A stretch of DNA of 42,824 nt. Origin: a virus. Taxonomy: Duplodnaviria; Caudoviricetes. The notes beneath the pieces were generated by a model. It was not told where the DNA came from and ran no database searches. It saw nothing but the letters and a program-made list of their open reading frames with translations. Both the position numbers and the translations under genes were made by a program. Every line of letters begins with the position of its first letter. Positions within the stretch are counted from its first letter, which is position 1. This document shows positions 28,245 to 36,640 of this stretch, in pieces. The stretch covers positions 1-42,824 of the IMG/VR virus record IMGVR_UViG_3300031949_000082, one strand, 5' to 3'.

Positions 28245-29885
28245 ATGACTCTGACTCTCGACGCTCTAAAAACCGAAATCGGTGCCAGTGCCGATTATAA
28301 AGACTTGCAACAGCAGGAATGGCTGGGGAAGATCGATTACCGGGACATCACGCATCGAAGCCAGAAAGACTTCGACTGGCTTATTCCCATGTATGTTCGC
28401 AAGATTGACGCCTGCCGATGGATGCAGCAAACGGGGGGCATGGCGATAGAAGTCGTGCCCTCGACGCCGGAGGGATTCCGCAAGACTAAAACGCAGATTG
28501 CCGAGGAAATCTGGGACCATTTGCAGAAGTTCTATGACAAAGAATTGCGAATGCTGGACAAGCTGGCCGTATGCCTCAAAGAAGTCGAATATCGCAAGGC
28601 GGGCGTCGTGACGCGGACCGATTTGCACGACCAGGCGAATTACTACATCGACTACGCCGGGGGCGATGACGCTAATACCGGACTCTCTACGGTTCAGGCG
28701 TGGAAAACAATTACTCAGTACACCACGACGACGGTTCGCACGCCTGGCGACATAGCTTATCTCAGGGCCAACGTCACATGGACCCAGGGCACGGAAGCCG
28801 TCAGTATTAGCTTTGATGAGGACGGTAATCAGGATTTGTGGATTAAAATTATCGGCTGCGACGCCGTGACAAATGACCCCTGGGCCGATGCCTCAAACGT
28901 CAAGCCGATTGTGGATTTTCAGGATTTGGCGTATAATTTTGGGTTCAATGGAGACACTTACTGGTACATGGAGCGGCTGGATATTCGGCAATCGGCGAAT
29001 ACAACTGGGCAGGTTAATTTAGTATCAGCCCTCGTTTATCTTAAATCCTGTGACGTTTCAGACAGCGCAAGTGCATCCGCGGAAGGAATGTATGTGACCA
29101 ACGGAAGTTATTTAACTTGCAATGCGTGTACATTTACCGATTGTTGGGGTAATTCCCTTTTTGTGGTTTCGGGCAGAGCAGATTTAATCAACTGCACCCT
29201 CGACGCAGGAACAATCAGGGGAAGTCTTAGCGCAATTACTGCGTGGGGGAACATCAATGTAATAGATTGTTCCATTGCTCCGTCAAATACCTTTAGTGGT
29301 AACGAAATTTATAGCTTGAGCGGGATTGTCAACTGCCGCAACGTGACGTTCGGAGTAGCGGCTGATATTCTGTGTGTAGATAGCGGAATCGTCAACTTTG
29401 AGGATTACGACGGCACGTATGGCGACCACCGCCAGCTACAAACAGGCGGTTGGGTGACGAAAGAAACAACGTCGCCGCGAGCGGGCGGCTCGGACAGCTA
29501 TGCGAGACTGACGCCAAATAGTTCCTGCGGGCCGAACCAAACATTGAGAGTCGGCTATAGGGTAGATGGTGTGCCGAGTGGAGTCTGGCTGGCCTCCGGC
29601 GTCGAAAAGACTATCACCATTTACGCCCGAACAGGCTCGGCGTGGGACAGCGCGTTGACGGCGGGTCAAGCCTATCTCACCGCTTCTTATCTGAGCAACG
29701 GGGCTTCTGCCGCGAGAACGGATATTCAATCCGCCGAGACGATTACCAATGACGCCGCGTGGACGGCGTTTACCGTGACGTTCACGCCGCTACAGGCGGG
29801 CTTTGCATATTACTGGTTTGAGCTTGCCGAGTACGAGGACGCGACTGAATACGTGGACGTGGATATGTTAGCCGTGGTGAGTTGA
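28245..29885 (+). CDS. Putative pectin-lyase-like beta-helix protein (appendage/tailspike-like)
   Basis: YYIDYAGGDDANTGLS...AWKTI...PGDIAYLR entry motif, Asn/Cys-ladder repeats (NACTF, NCTL, DCSI), C-terminal sandwich. Confidence 0.6.
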   Translation: MTLTLDALKTEIGASADYKDLQQQEWLGKIDYRDITHRSQKDFDWLIPMYVRKIDACRWMQQTGGMAIEVVPSTPEGFRKTKTQIAEEIWDHLQKFYDKELRMLDKLAVCLKEVEYRKAGVVTRTDLHDQANYYIDYAGGDDANTGLSTVQAWKTITQYTTTTVRTPGDIAYLRANVTWTQGTEAVSISFDEDGNQDLWIKIIGCDAVTNDPWADASNVKPIVDFQDLAYNFGFNGDTYWYMERLDIRQSANTTGQVNLVSALVYLKSCDVSDSASASAEGMYVTNGSYLTCNACTFTDCWGNSLFVVSGRADLINCTLDAGTIRGSLSAITAWGNINVIDCSIAPSNTFSGNEIYSLSGIVNCRNVTFGVAADILCVDSGIVNFEDYDGTYGDHRQLQTGGWVTKETTSPRAGGSDSYARLTPNSSCGPNQTLRVGYRVDGVPSGVWLASGVEKTITIYARTGSAWDSALTAGQAYLTASYLSNGASAARTDIQSAETITNDAAWTAFTVTFTPLQAGFAYYWFELAEYEDATEYVDVDMLAVVS

Positions 29886-30937
29886 TGCGAATAGAATGGA
29901 TCAACGGACAATCCGTCCTGATTACAGATACCTACGAATGGATCGATGGCCAGTTATTTATCCTTGTTGATGCTACTGCCGAATCGAGCTCCAGCGAATC
30001 GTCATCAAGTTCCGAGTCCAGTTCGAGCTCTTCGTCGCTGAGTTCCAGCAGCGAGTCCAGTTCGAGCTCTTCGTCGCTGAGTTCCAGCAGCGAGTCCAGT
30101 TCGAGCTCTTCGTCGCTGAGTTCCAGCAGCGAGTCCAGTTCGAGCTCTTCGTCGCTGAGTTCCAGCAGCGAGTCCAGTTCGAGCTCTTCGTCCCTGAGTT
30201 CCAGCAGCGAGTCCAGTTCAGGTTCTTCGTCACTGAGTTCGAGCAGCGAGTCCAGTTCAAGTTCTTCGTCACTGAGTTCGAGCAGCGAGTCCAGTTCAGG
30301 TTCTTCGTCACTGAGTTCGAGCAGCGAGTCCAGTTCAAGTTCAGAATCGTCTTCCAGCTCCGAATCTTCTTCCAGCGAATCGTCTTCAAGTTCCGAATCG
30401 TCTTCCAGCGAATCGTCTTCAAGCTCGGAATCGTCTTCCAGCGAATCTTCTTCCAGCGAATCTTCTTCAAGCTCGGAATCTTCTTCCAGTGAATCGTCTT
30501 CAAGCCAATCGTCATCTTCAAGCTCGATGTCACTCAGTTCATCCAGCGAGTCATCGAGCGAATCGTCCTCCTCGAGCAGCTACGGCGTATCGCCGAACAC
30601 GGCGGACCGGGCCTTAATGGCGGCGGCGCCGGGCGTGCAATCGAGTCTATCGTCGGCGACGATCACCTATTTGCCCCGAGGCGGCCCGGCCCGGACGATC
30701 CAGGCGATTGTGGAATACAAAGGACCTCAGCCGCTCGACGGTCTGCGCGGCGGCTCGCGGCCCCACGTGGAGCTATTGGTCCGCAATCACGCGACGTTGG
30801 GAATATCTTCGAAGGAAATAGATACCGGCGGCGATCTTCTCCAGGTCCCGCTTCGCCGCGGCCGGTCGGTGCGGACCGTTCGAATTGTTCAAATCATCGG
30901 TCAGGACCGTGCGATGTTGCGGCTCGCCGCCTGGTAA
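29885..30937 (+). CDS. Serine-rich stalk protein fused to a paralog of the head-closure protein
   Basis: About 200 residues of mostly Ser; C-terminal ITYLPRGGPARTIQAIV...GGSRP...IDTGGD aligns with 10565..10912. Confidence 0.8.
   Translation: MRIEWINGQSVLITDTYEWIDGQLFILVDATAESSSSESSSSSESSSSSSSLSSSSESSSSSSSLSSSSESSSSSSSLSSSSESSSSSSSLSSSSESSSSSSSLSSSSESSSGSSSLSSSSESSSSSSSLSSSSESSSGSSSLSSSSESSSSSESSSSSESSSSESSSSSESSSSESSSSSESSSSESSSSESSSSSESSSSESSSSQSSSSSSMSLSSSSESSSESSSSSSYGVSPNTADRALMAAAPGVQSSLSSATITYLPRGGPARTIQAIVEYKGPQPLDGLRGGSRPHVELLVRNHATLGISSKEIDTGGDLLQVPLRRGRSVRTVRIVQIIGQDRAMLRLAAW
30014..30325 (+). repeat. Eight tandem 39-bp units encoding ESSS(S/G)SSSLSSSS
   Basis: Unit GAGTCCAGTTCGAGCTCTTCGTCGCTGAGTTCCAGCAGC; later copies diverge slightly. 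Confidence 0.9.
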
Positions 30938-30956
30938 GCGGCGGGCGTCCTTTCGG

Positions 30957-30997
30957 CCCCCGCGCTATCCAGTCGCCGGATAGACGCGGGGGTTTTT
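30957..30997 (+). terminator. Intrinsic terminator ending the structural/glycan operon
   Basis: CCCCCGCG-CTATCC...GGATAG-A-CGCGGGGG followed by TTTTT. Confidence 0.85.
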
Positions 30998-31126
30998 ATT
31001 TTGAAACCGCAGAAAAACAATGGATAATTGTCAATTGTCAATTGTCAATTGTTTCTCTATAATCCCGGTTTTCATCCCAAAAACCACGTTTTACAACTAT
31101 TTTGCAAAAATTCCCCGATTTTTTGA

Positions 31127-31160
31127 TTGACAAACTATGCCTGAGCGTATATACGTATAG
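31127..31160 (+). promoter_or_regulatory. Possible sigma70-type promoter with overlapping palindrome
   Basis: TTGACA at 31127, TATACG 17 nt later; CGTATATACG palindrome; AT-rich upstream region. Confidence 0.45.
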
Positions 31161-31217
31161 GTGTAATTGATAAATCAATAAAGCCGCCCGAAAGGGCAAA
31201 AATTGAAAGGGTTAAAA

Positions 31218-31604
31218 ATGGAAACGCAACTCACAATCACGCGGGACGCTGAGACTGAATTTTCGGTGCAGAGCGGTAAAAACACCTATCATGTCACAAA
31301 AACGAATGGGCGATGGCACTGCTCATGTCCCGCACGCGGCATGTGCAAGCATCTGCGCACAGTGCTGGGTTGTTTCGGCATGGGCGTCAGCGCCACATTG
31401 AGTCTCGATGCTCATAGCCGACGGTCTGCCGATGACCGAGCCCCAGTTAGGCCGGACGATTCTCTGGGAAGATTACATACAGATAACTCCGGCGATGATG
31501 GTTTGTTATCGCCCGAGGAATTTGACGCCGAGGCGGGCCGGGACGTGCGGGCCGAGATTGACTACATACGCAGTGGCCGCGAAAAACGGAACTATGGCTG
31601 CTGA
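31218..31604 (+). CDS. SWIM zinc-finger protein
   Basis: FSVQSGKNTYHV...WHCSCPARGMCKHL; RBS GAAAGGG; contains a 62-nt copy of the capsid gene. Confidence 0.7.
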   Translation: METQLTITRDAETEFSVQSGKNTYHVTKTNGRWHCSCPARGMCKHLRTVLGCFGMGVSATLSLDAHSRRSADDRAPVRPDDSLGRLHTDNSGDDGLLSPEEFDAEAGRDVRAEIDYIRSGREKRNYGC

Positions 31605-31756
31605 ATGAAACGATTGATATTGTGGCTCGCTACACGCTGTAGAGCATTTTTAACCCCGCCCGGTTGGCGTATGCCGCCGGGCCGGTGCCCGCAGCTCTTG
31701 ACGCTTATTGCTGCGGCGGTCTGCTGGCTCAATTCACAAGAGAAGGAGGTGGCCTG

Positions 31757-32185
31757 ATGTTCACCGTCAAATTAGATCGCAGCGATTTCAAAGACCCGTC
31801 CAGGTGGACCGAGATTGCGAACGCCCTCGAACTGCCGGAGGGTCGGACCTGGGCGATTGTCGCGCGCATACCGGGCCTTCTGCCGGTCGTGACGAGAATA
31901 AAGATTGAATGTCACGGCAAGGAGCCGGACGAATGGATGCTCGGAGAGGCTATCGACGGTAAGCGGCAATGGATCATCCACACCCGCGGAACTCAATTCA
32001 TCGCGGAGATCGTCGATGACGAGGACGATGCTCTCAATCCGCCGTTTGAGTATCGGATGAGCAGCGGCCAATGGCTCTGCAATTTTACGTGGTACGACGA
32101 TGCCCCGCCGCAGGACTTGATGATTCTCTGCCGCGAGGCAGAGGAAGCGATTGAAATATACGATGAGATTTTAGGGATTGATTGA
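31757..32185 (+). CDS. Hypothetical protein
   Basis: Strong RBS AAGGAGGT before ATG at 31757. Confidence 0.65.
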   Translation: MFTVKLDRSDFKDPSRWTEIANALELPEGRTWAIVARIPGLLPVVTRIKIECHGKEPDEWMLGEAIDGKRQWIIHTRGTQFIAEIVDDEDDALNPPFEYRMSSGQWLCNFTWYDDAPPQDLMILCREAEEAIEIYDEILGID

Positions 32186-32241
32186 CAATTGACAATTGTC
32201 AATTGTCACTTGTCACTTGTTTTCTATTCGTGGTAAAAATT

Positions 32242-32457
32242 ATGACAAAGATCGATTTTCGCAAAACGATCCGAGCGGCCCTGGACCGAGGCAAGATGAG
32301 CGTGCCGGTTCTGGCTAAACAGGCCGGATGCAACCCGATGGCGATTTACAATTTTCTTGCTGGCCGGACCGAGATGAAGGCGGATCTGCTGGGCAACGTC
32401 CTGGCGGCGCTTCGGATACGATTAGCCACAGAGGCCCCGGAGGCGGCAAAGAAATGA
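32242..32457 (+). CDS. Cro/XRE-like HTH protein
   Basis: MSVPVLAKQAGCNPMAIYNFLAG. Confidence 0.75.
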   Translation: MTKIDFRKTIRAALDRGKMSVPVLAKQAGCNPMAIYNFLAGRTEMKADLLGNVLAALRIRLATEAPEAAKK

Positions 32458-33365
32458 AAACTGCCGAAATCAACCAAGAATTGAAAGTGCAGATGTATCA
32501 ACTGCGGCAGCGGCAATCACTTCCTCTGGATTGCAAAGTCACCTTATCTCAGAATCGCATTAAGCAATGGTATGAGCACTGGGTCGAGCAATGTTACGTA
32601 GCTTTTTCCGGCGGCAAAGATTCGACCGTTCTGCTATCTCTGGTCCGCGATTTATACCCCGACGTTCCAGCCGTTTTTGTCGATACCGGTCTGGAATATC
32701 CCGAGATCAAAACCTTCGTGAGGCAGATTGACAACGTCGTCACGCTTCGATCTGCGCAAACATTCAAAGAGGTGATTGAGCATCACGGCTTCCCGGTGAT
32801 CAGCAAACAAGTGGCCGACGCTGTTCGGCGGATTCGCAGCCCCGGATGCTCGCAGGCCACCAAAGACAAGGCACTCTATGGCGACGAGCGGGGCACGTAT
32901 GGCCGTCTGCCGAAGAAATGGCGTTTTCTCCTTGAAGCCCCGTTCAAGATCAGTGACAAATGCTGCGAGGTGATGAAGATTAGGCCCGTGATAAAATACT
33001 ATCACCAGACCGGCCGCACAGCCTTCGTGGGCACGATGGCCGGCGATTCGCAGAAACGCATGATGCAGTATCTCAGGCACGGCTGCTTCGTTCCCAACAA
33101 AACCCTGCCCAAATGCACGCCGATAGCATTTTGGACGGAGGAGGATATCTGGCAGTATCTTCGAGAAAAGAATGTCTCCTACTGCTCTGTTTACGACACG
33201 GGCGTGCGCCACACCGGGTGCATTTATTGCATGTTCGGGATCGCCGCCGAGCCTTCTCCGAATCGGTTCGAGCGGATGAAACAGTCTCACCCGGCACTCT
33301 ACGATTACTGCATTTACAAACTCGGCCTATCTGATGTTTTGACTTATTTGGGCATCAAATTTTAA
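32454..33365 (+). CDS. Phosphoadenosine phosphosulfate reductase family protein
   Basis: PP-loop AFSGGKDS, DTGLEYPE, KCC, PIAFW, TGCIYC. Confidence 0.88.
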   Translation: MKTAEINQELKVQMYQLRQRQSLPLDCKVTLSQNRIKQWYEHWVEQCYVAFSGGKDSTVLLSLVRDLYPDVPAVFVDTGLEYPEIKTFVRQIDNVVTLRSAQTFKEVIEHHGFPVISKQVADAVRRIRSPGCSQATKDKALYGDERGTYGRLPKKWRFLLEAPFKISDKCCEVMKIRPVIKYYHQTGRTAFVGTMAGDSQKRMMQYLRHGCFVPNKTLPKCTPIAFWTEEDIWQYLREKNVSYCSVYDTGVRHTGCIYCMFGIAAEPSPNRFERMKQSHPALYDYCIYKLGLSDVLTYLGIKF

Positions 33366-33412
33366 GCGATTTGAAAGATAATTTTCGCTTATAAATCCCG
33401 AAAGGACAAAAA

Positions 33413-33639
33413 ATGGACCCATATACCATCGACCCAAATAACTTTTTCATACTCGTTTTGCCTGCTGCCTTGCCGCGGCGATTTGGTTTTTCATCTGTGT
33501 CGCGATCGTCCGCTGGATATTCCTGATCAACAAACAGATCCGCCTGCTGACCGATATCCGCGATCTGCTGCGCGATCGGTCAACGCGATCTCCGGCGCCG
33601 CCGGAAACGGATGACCCGATTCGCCCCGCCCGGAATTGA
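33413..33639 (+). pseudogene. Small membrane-protein gene with apparent 1-nt frameshift, flanked by 36-bp direct repeats
   Basis: Adding one T at the TTTT run (33456-33459) gives MDPYTIDPNNFFILVFACCLAAAIWFFICVAIVRWIFLINKQIRLLTDIRDLL...; repeats at 33368-33403 and 33638-33673. Confidence 0.5.
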
Positions 33640-33717
33640 TTTGAAAGAAAATTTTCGCTCATAAATCTCGAAATAAACGCAACTTACGCAGCCGGGGAAA
33701 AAAGATTACATTTTAAC

Positions 33718-33746
33718 TTGACTATTTTCGTGGAAAATCCGATAAT
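33718..33746 (+). promoter_or_regulatory. Sigma70-type promoter
   Basis: TTGACT-N17-GATAAT. Confidence 0.6.
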
Positions 33747-33753
33747 AAGGTTA

Positions 33754-33878
33754 TGTTTCAAGGCAATGTACAATACGGTTATGAAACCCCTGGCCATCAA
33801 ACCCGCCTTGCCCGTTGTACATCCTTGAAACAGAAGTGCCCTGGCGAGGTTTCTCGTTTGATGGCCTCTTTTTCTTTT
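33754..33878 (+). ncRNA. Candidate structured leader RNA / attenuator
   Basis: TGTTTCAAGG/CCTTGAAACA and ATGTACAA/TTGTACAT stem; loop GGCCATCAAAC pairs with downstream GTTTGATGGCC, followed by a U-tract. Confidence 0.55.
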
Positions 33879-33892
33879 CGCGGAGATGAAAG

Positions 33893-34696
33893 ATGAATAA
33901 GATCGAGTACAACAAAAAACCGGGAAGTGAAACCGCCGATTCGCGCGGATTAACGCCGATGCTGGCGAAAAAATACAACGGATGCGACCCGGCGGGCTGG
34001 TGGATGAGCGAGAAATTAGACGGTGTCCGGGCGATATGGGACGGCTCCCGGCTGGTGTCACGGACGGCCAAGGTGTTCGCCGCCCCTGAATGGTTCACGG
34101 CCGGGCTTCCCGCCAGTGCGGTGCTCGACGGCGAGCTGTGGGAAGGACGGGGCAAGTTCCAGCAGACGGTCGGCAAGGTCCGCACGCAATACGATCCCGA
34201 CTGGAGCGGCGTCGAATACGTCCTCTTTGATCTGATCGCCGAGGGCCCGTTCGAGCAGCGGCTCGAAAGACTCAAAGAATTGCCATTGCCCAGCCACGCC
34301 AGGGTGCTCGACCAGGTCCGCTGCTCCGGTCAGAGGCATTTGCAAGAGCGTCTGATTGCCATCATCAGCCTGGGCGGGGAAGGCGTCATGCTCCGGCGGC
34401 CCGGCAGCTTGTACGAGCACAAGCGGTCCGGGGCGCTGCTGAAAGTCAAACGGTTCGAGACGCATGAAGCCGTTGTGACCGGCTACGAGCCGGGCAAAGG
34501 GAAATACGAAGGGCTGGTGGGCGCCTTGTTATGCCGCTTCCGCGATAAACTTATCGAGATAGGAACGGGCCTGACCGACGAGCTTCGCCTCTGCCCGCCG
34601 GCGATAGGCAGCCGGATCACTTTCAAGTTCTTCGAGTTGACCGAGAAAGGCATGCCCCGGTTCCCCGTATATCTGGCCGAGAGGGATTACGAATGA
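33893..34696 (+). CDS. Minimal ATP-dependent DNA ligase
   Basis: Motif I SEKLDGVRA, LDGELW, EGVMLR, LLKVK; OB domain ending PRFPVY. Confidence 0.93.
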   Translation: MNKIEYNKKPGSETADSRGLTPMLAKKYNGCDPAGWWMSEKLDGVRAIWDGSRLVSRTAKVFAAPEWFTAGLPASAVLDGELWEGRGKFQQTVGKVRTQYDPDWSGVEYVLFDLIAEGPFEQRLERLKELPLPSHARVLDQVRCSGQRHLQERLIAIISLGGEGVMLRRPGSLYEHKRSGALLKVKRFETHEAVVTGYEPGKGKYEGLVGALLCRFRDKLIEIGTGLTDELRLCPPAIGSRITFKFFELTEKGMPRFPVYLAERDYE

Positions 34697-35019
34697 CCAA
34701 TCGAAATTCGCAAATCGCAAATCATAAATCGGTAGTGGCAAAGATTATCGAGATTCGAATCGCCCTGGATGTCGAGGACAAACTCTACCGGCTGTTTATC
34801 GATAACGGAATTGCGGTCGCCTGCATCGAAAAGTGGTATCCGAAAATGACGTCCGAGCAAATCGCAGAGGCGGTGACGCGGTACTTTTCATCTGATTTGC
34901 TGGTGAAGATGAATATTCCATCGGCCGACTATAATGCCCTGGCCCGAACGGCCTTCCAGGCGGCGCTAAAGCGGGCCATAGACGATATGCTGGATGCGAC
35001 GGAGGCGGGTGGCGAATGA
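34693..35019 (+). CDS. Hypothetical protein
   Basis: ATGA overlap with the ligase; begins with a heptamer-derived peptide. Confidence 0.6.
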   Translation: MTNRNSQIANHKSVVAKIIEIRIALDVEDKLYRLFIDNGIAVACIEKWYPKMTSEQIAEAVTRYFSSDLLVKMNIPSADYNALARTAFQAALKRAIDDMLDATEAGGE

Positions 35020-35293
35020 GCAATCGAAATTCGCAAATCGCAGATCGTAATTTAGCGCCTCGCTCCTGGCGCCACCGCATGGCCCGGCTGATTGCGGCGC
35101 CATTATACGAGCGAAGAAGATATGTATTAAACAAGCCCCGGCCCGTGCGGCGTGGCCGCCGGGCCTGGGGCGTTCTTTGAAAATCGATGTCAATCGTAAA
35201 TAATAAATACGGACGCTGTTGTCGCAATGAGTCGGAGGCGGTGGTATCAGGGACACGATGTCCCGGCGTCCGGACCTTTTTGAGGGACCGAAA

Positions 35294-35539
35294 ATGGAAG
35301 AGAGAATAATGGAAAATGGACAATTGACAATGGAAAATGGAGGTATCCCGAATCGTCAATCGTCAATTGTCAATTGTCAATCGACTCCGGAGCCGGAAAA
35401 AGATTATTACGAACGAAAAGAACGGCAGAATGACGAGCTGATCGTCACGATGGTCTGGGCCATAGGTTTCGGCTTGGGCCTGGGCGTGCTGTACGTTGCC
35501 GCCCGATTGATCGTCGCTGCCGCCGAGAAAATATTTTAG
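35294..35539 (+). CDS. Small membrane protein containing the 62-nt element in frame
   Basis: RBS GAGGG; C-terminal hydrophobic helix. Confidence 0.55.
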   Translation: MEERIMENGQLTMENGGIPNRQSSIVNCQSTPEPEKDYYERKERQNDELIVTMVWAIGFGLGLGVLYVAARLIVAAAEKIF

Positions 35540-35556
35540 CCGCGGAGGACACAGAG

Positions 35557-35787
35557 ATGGATACGCGAACCGGCGAAATTCTGACCGAGGAAGAAGCAAA
35601 TGCACGGATGCGAATGTTACGAAAAGAGTTGGGATGTGTAGAAGCCAAAAACCCTATCAAGCTCCTTCCTCCGGGCTTTGCGCCAACGCGGAAACAGAAG
35701 AGAACAAACAAGATCGGCCGCAATGATCCTTGCCCGTGCGGAAGCGGTCGGAAATTCAAAAAGTGCTGTAAGCGTAAATTCCAATGA
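35557..35787 (+). CDS. SEC-C motif protein
   Basis: [20 protein letters not shown]; RBS GGAGG. Confidence 0.85.
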   Translation: MDTRTGEILTEEEANARMRMLRKELGCVEAKNPIKLLPPGFAPTRKQKRTNKIGRNDPCPCGSGRKFKKCCKRKFQ

Positions 35788-35981
35788 GCTGGTGCGATGT
35801 TTTGAAATTGGTGCAAATGGCCGGCGGCGATATGGACTCGATCGAGCCGGCGAGATTATCAACGGCCACGTCGAGAGGGCCCGGCGATGCCGAGACCCAG
35901 ATCGCAATCGCCCGATGGGAATACAAGAGACAATCACGAAAGGAGCGAGAGCATGGCCAAACGAAATGGGAATTCGGATAA
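35784..35981 (+). CDS. Hypothetical protein
   Basis: ATGA overlap with the SEC-C gene. Confidence 0.4.
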   Translation: MSWCDVLKLVQMAGGDMDSIEPARLSTATSRGPGDAETQIAIARWEYKRQSRKEREHGQTKWEFG

Positions 35982-36297
35982 CGGAACGTTTCCGAAAATA
36001 GCAGCCGAGGCGACAATCAAGAAAGTTACGATGGCCGATAAGGCCGGGCTGACCTTCGACGATCTGGAATTTAGTCCCGATCAGTATGCGCAATTAGAGC
36101 GATGGCGTAAGTTCGGCGACAAGATCCGCATCACGCTCGAACAGATTCAGGGCATTCTGGAACCGCCGGACGAAGAGCCGCTATTGCGAGTAGCGGCAGC
36201 AGTCGCTATTAAATCCGTCTCGAAGTCCGGCAGAAAGAAAAAAGACAAAGGGATGTCGGCAACCGTCGCGGCGGAGGAAGCTGAAAACGAGGGATGA
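35953..36297 (+). CDS. Hypothetical protein
   Basis: RBS AAGGAG before ATG at 35953. Confidence 0.6.
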   Translation: MAKRNGNSDNGTFPKIAAEATIKKVTMADKAGLTFDDLEFSPDQYAQLERWRKFGDKIRITLEQIQGILEPPDEEPLLRVAAAVAIKSVSKSGRKKKDKGMSATVAAEEAENEG

Positions 36298-36348
36298 GGG
36301 AAGATAGGCGACGGACGAAAATCAGCCGCAAAGAGACACAAAAGGCAC

Positions 36349-36606
36349 ATGAAATCGAAAAACAAAACAACGGTTGCGAATACGCTGAGGGATATCGCCA
36401 ATGAATCTGCCCTGAGCGCCGCCGAGAAGTATAGTCTTCGGTCGATCGCCACAGAAGTTCAGACGATACTCCGAGCCTCAAAAAAAGTGATCGAGGTTTT
36501 TGATGAATGGGACTGCGAGGAAGAATTCAACGGAACCGACGCGGCCAGGGCACGCAACAAAAAGGTACGCGCCTATGCAGCTCTCATACGTGCCATGTAC
36601 TCGTAA
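36349..36606 (+). CDS. Hypothetical protein
   Basis: ORF with AAAGG upstream. Confidence 0.5.
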   Translation: MKSKNKTTVANTLRDIANESALSAAEKYSLRSIATEVQTILRASKKVIEVFDEWDCEEEFNGTDAARARNKKVRAYAALIRAMYS

Positions 36607-36640
36607 ATAGTCAATAGTAAATCATGAAGGGAGCTCAAGT

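Noticed and set aside
30014-30325. Tandem repeats or heptamer blocks as a CRISPR array
   Set aside because: There are no unique constant-length spacers between repeats and no cas genes.
29973-30533. Minus-strand repetitive ORF (NWTRCWNSATKSS repeats)
   Set aside because: It is the antisense shadow of the 39-bp Ser-coding repeat and has no independent support.
31408-31608. 66-aa ORF as a second capsid gene
   Set aside because: Similarity is confined to the 62-nt pasted fragment, there is no clear RBS, and it overlaps the SWIM ORF.
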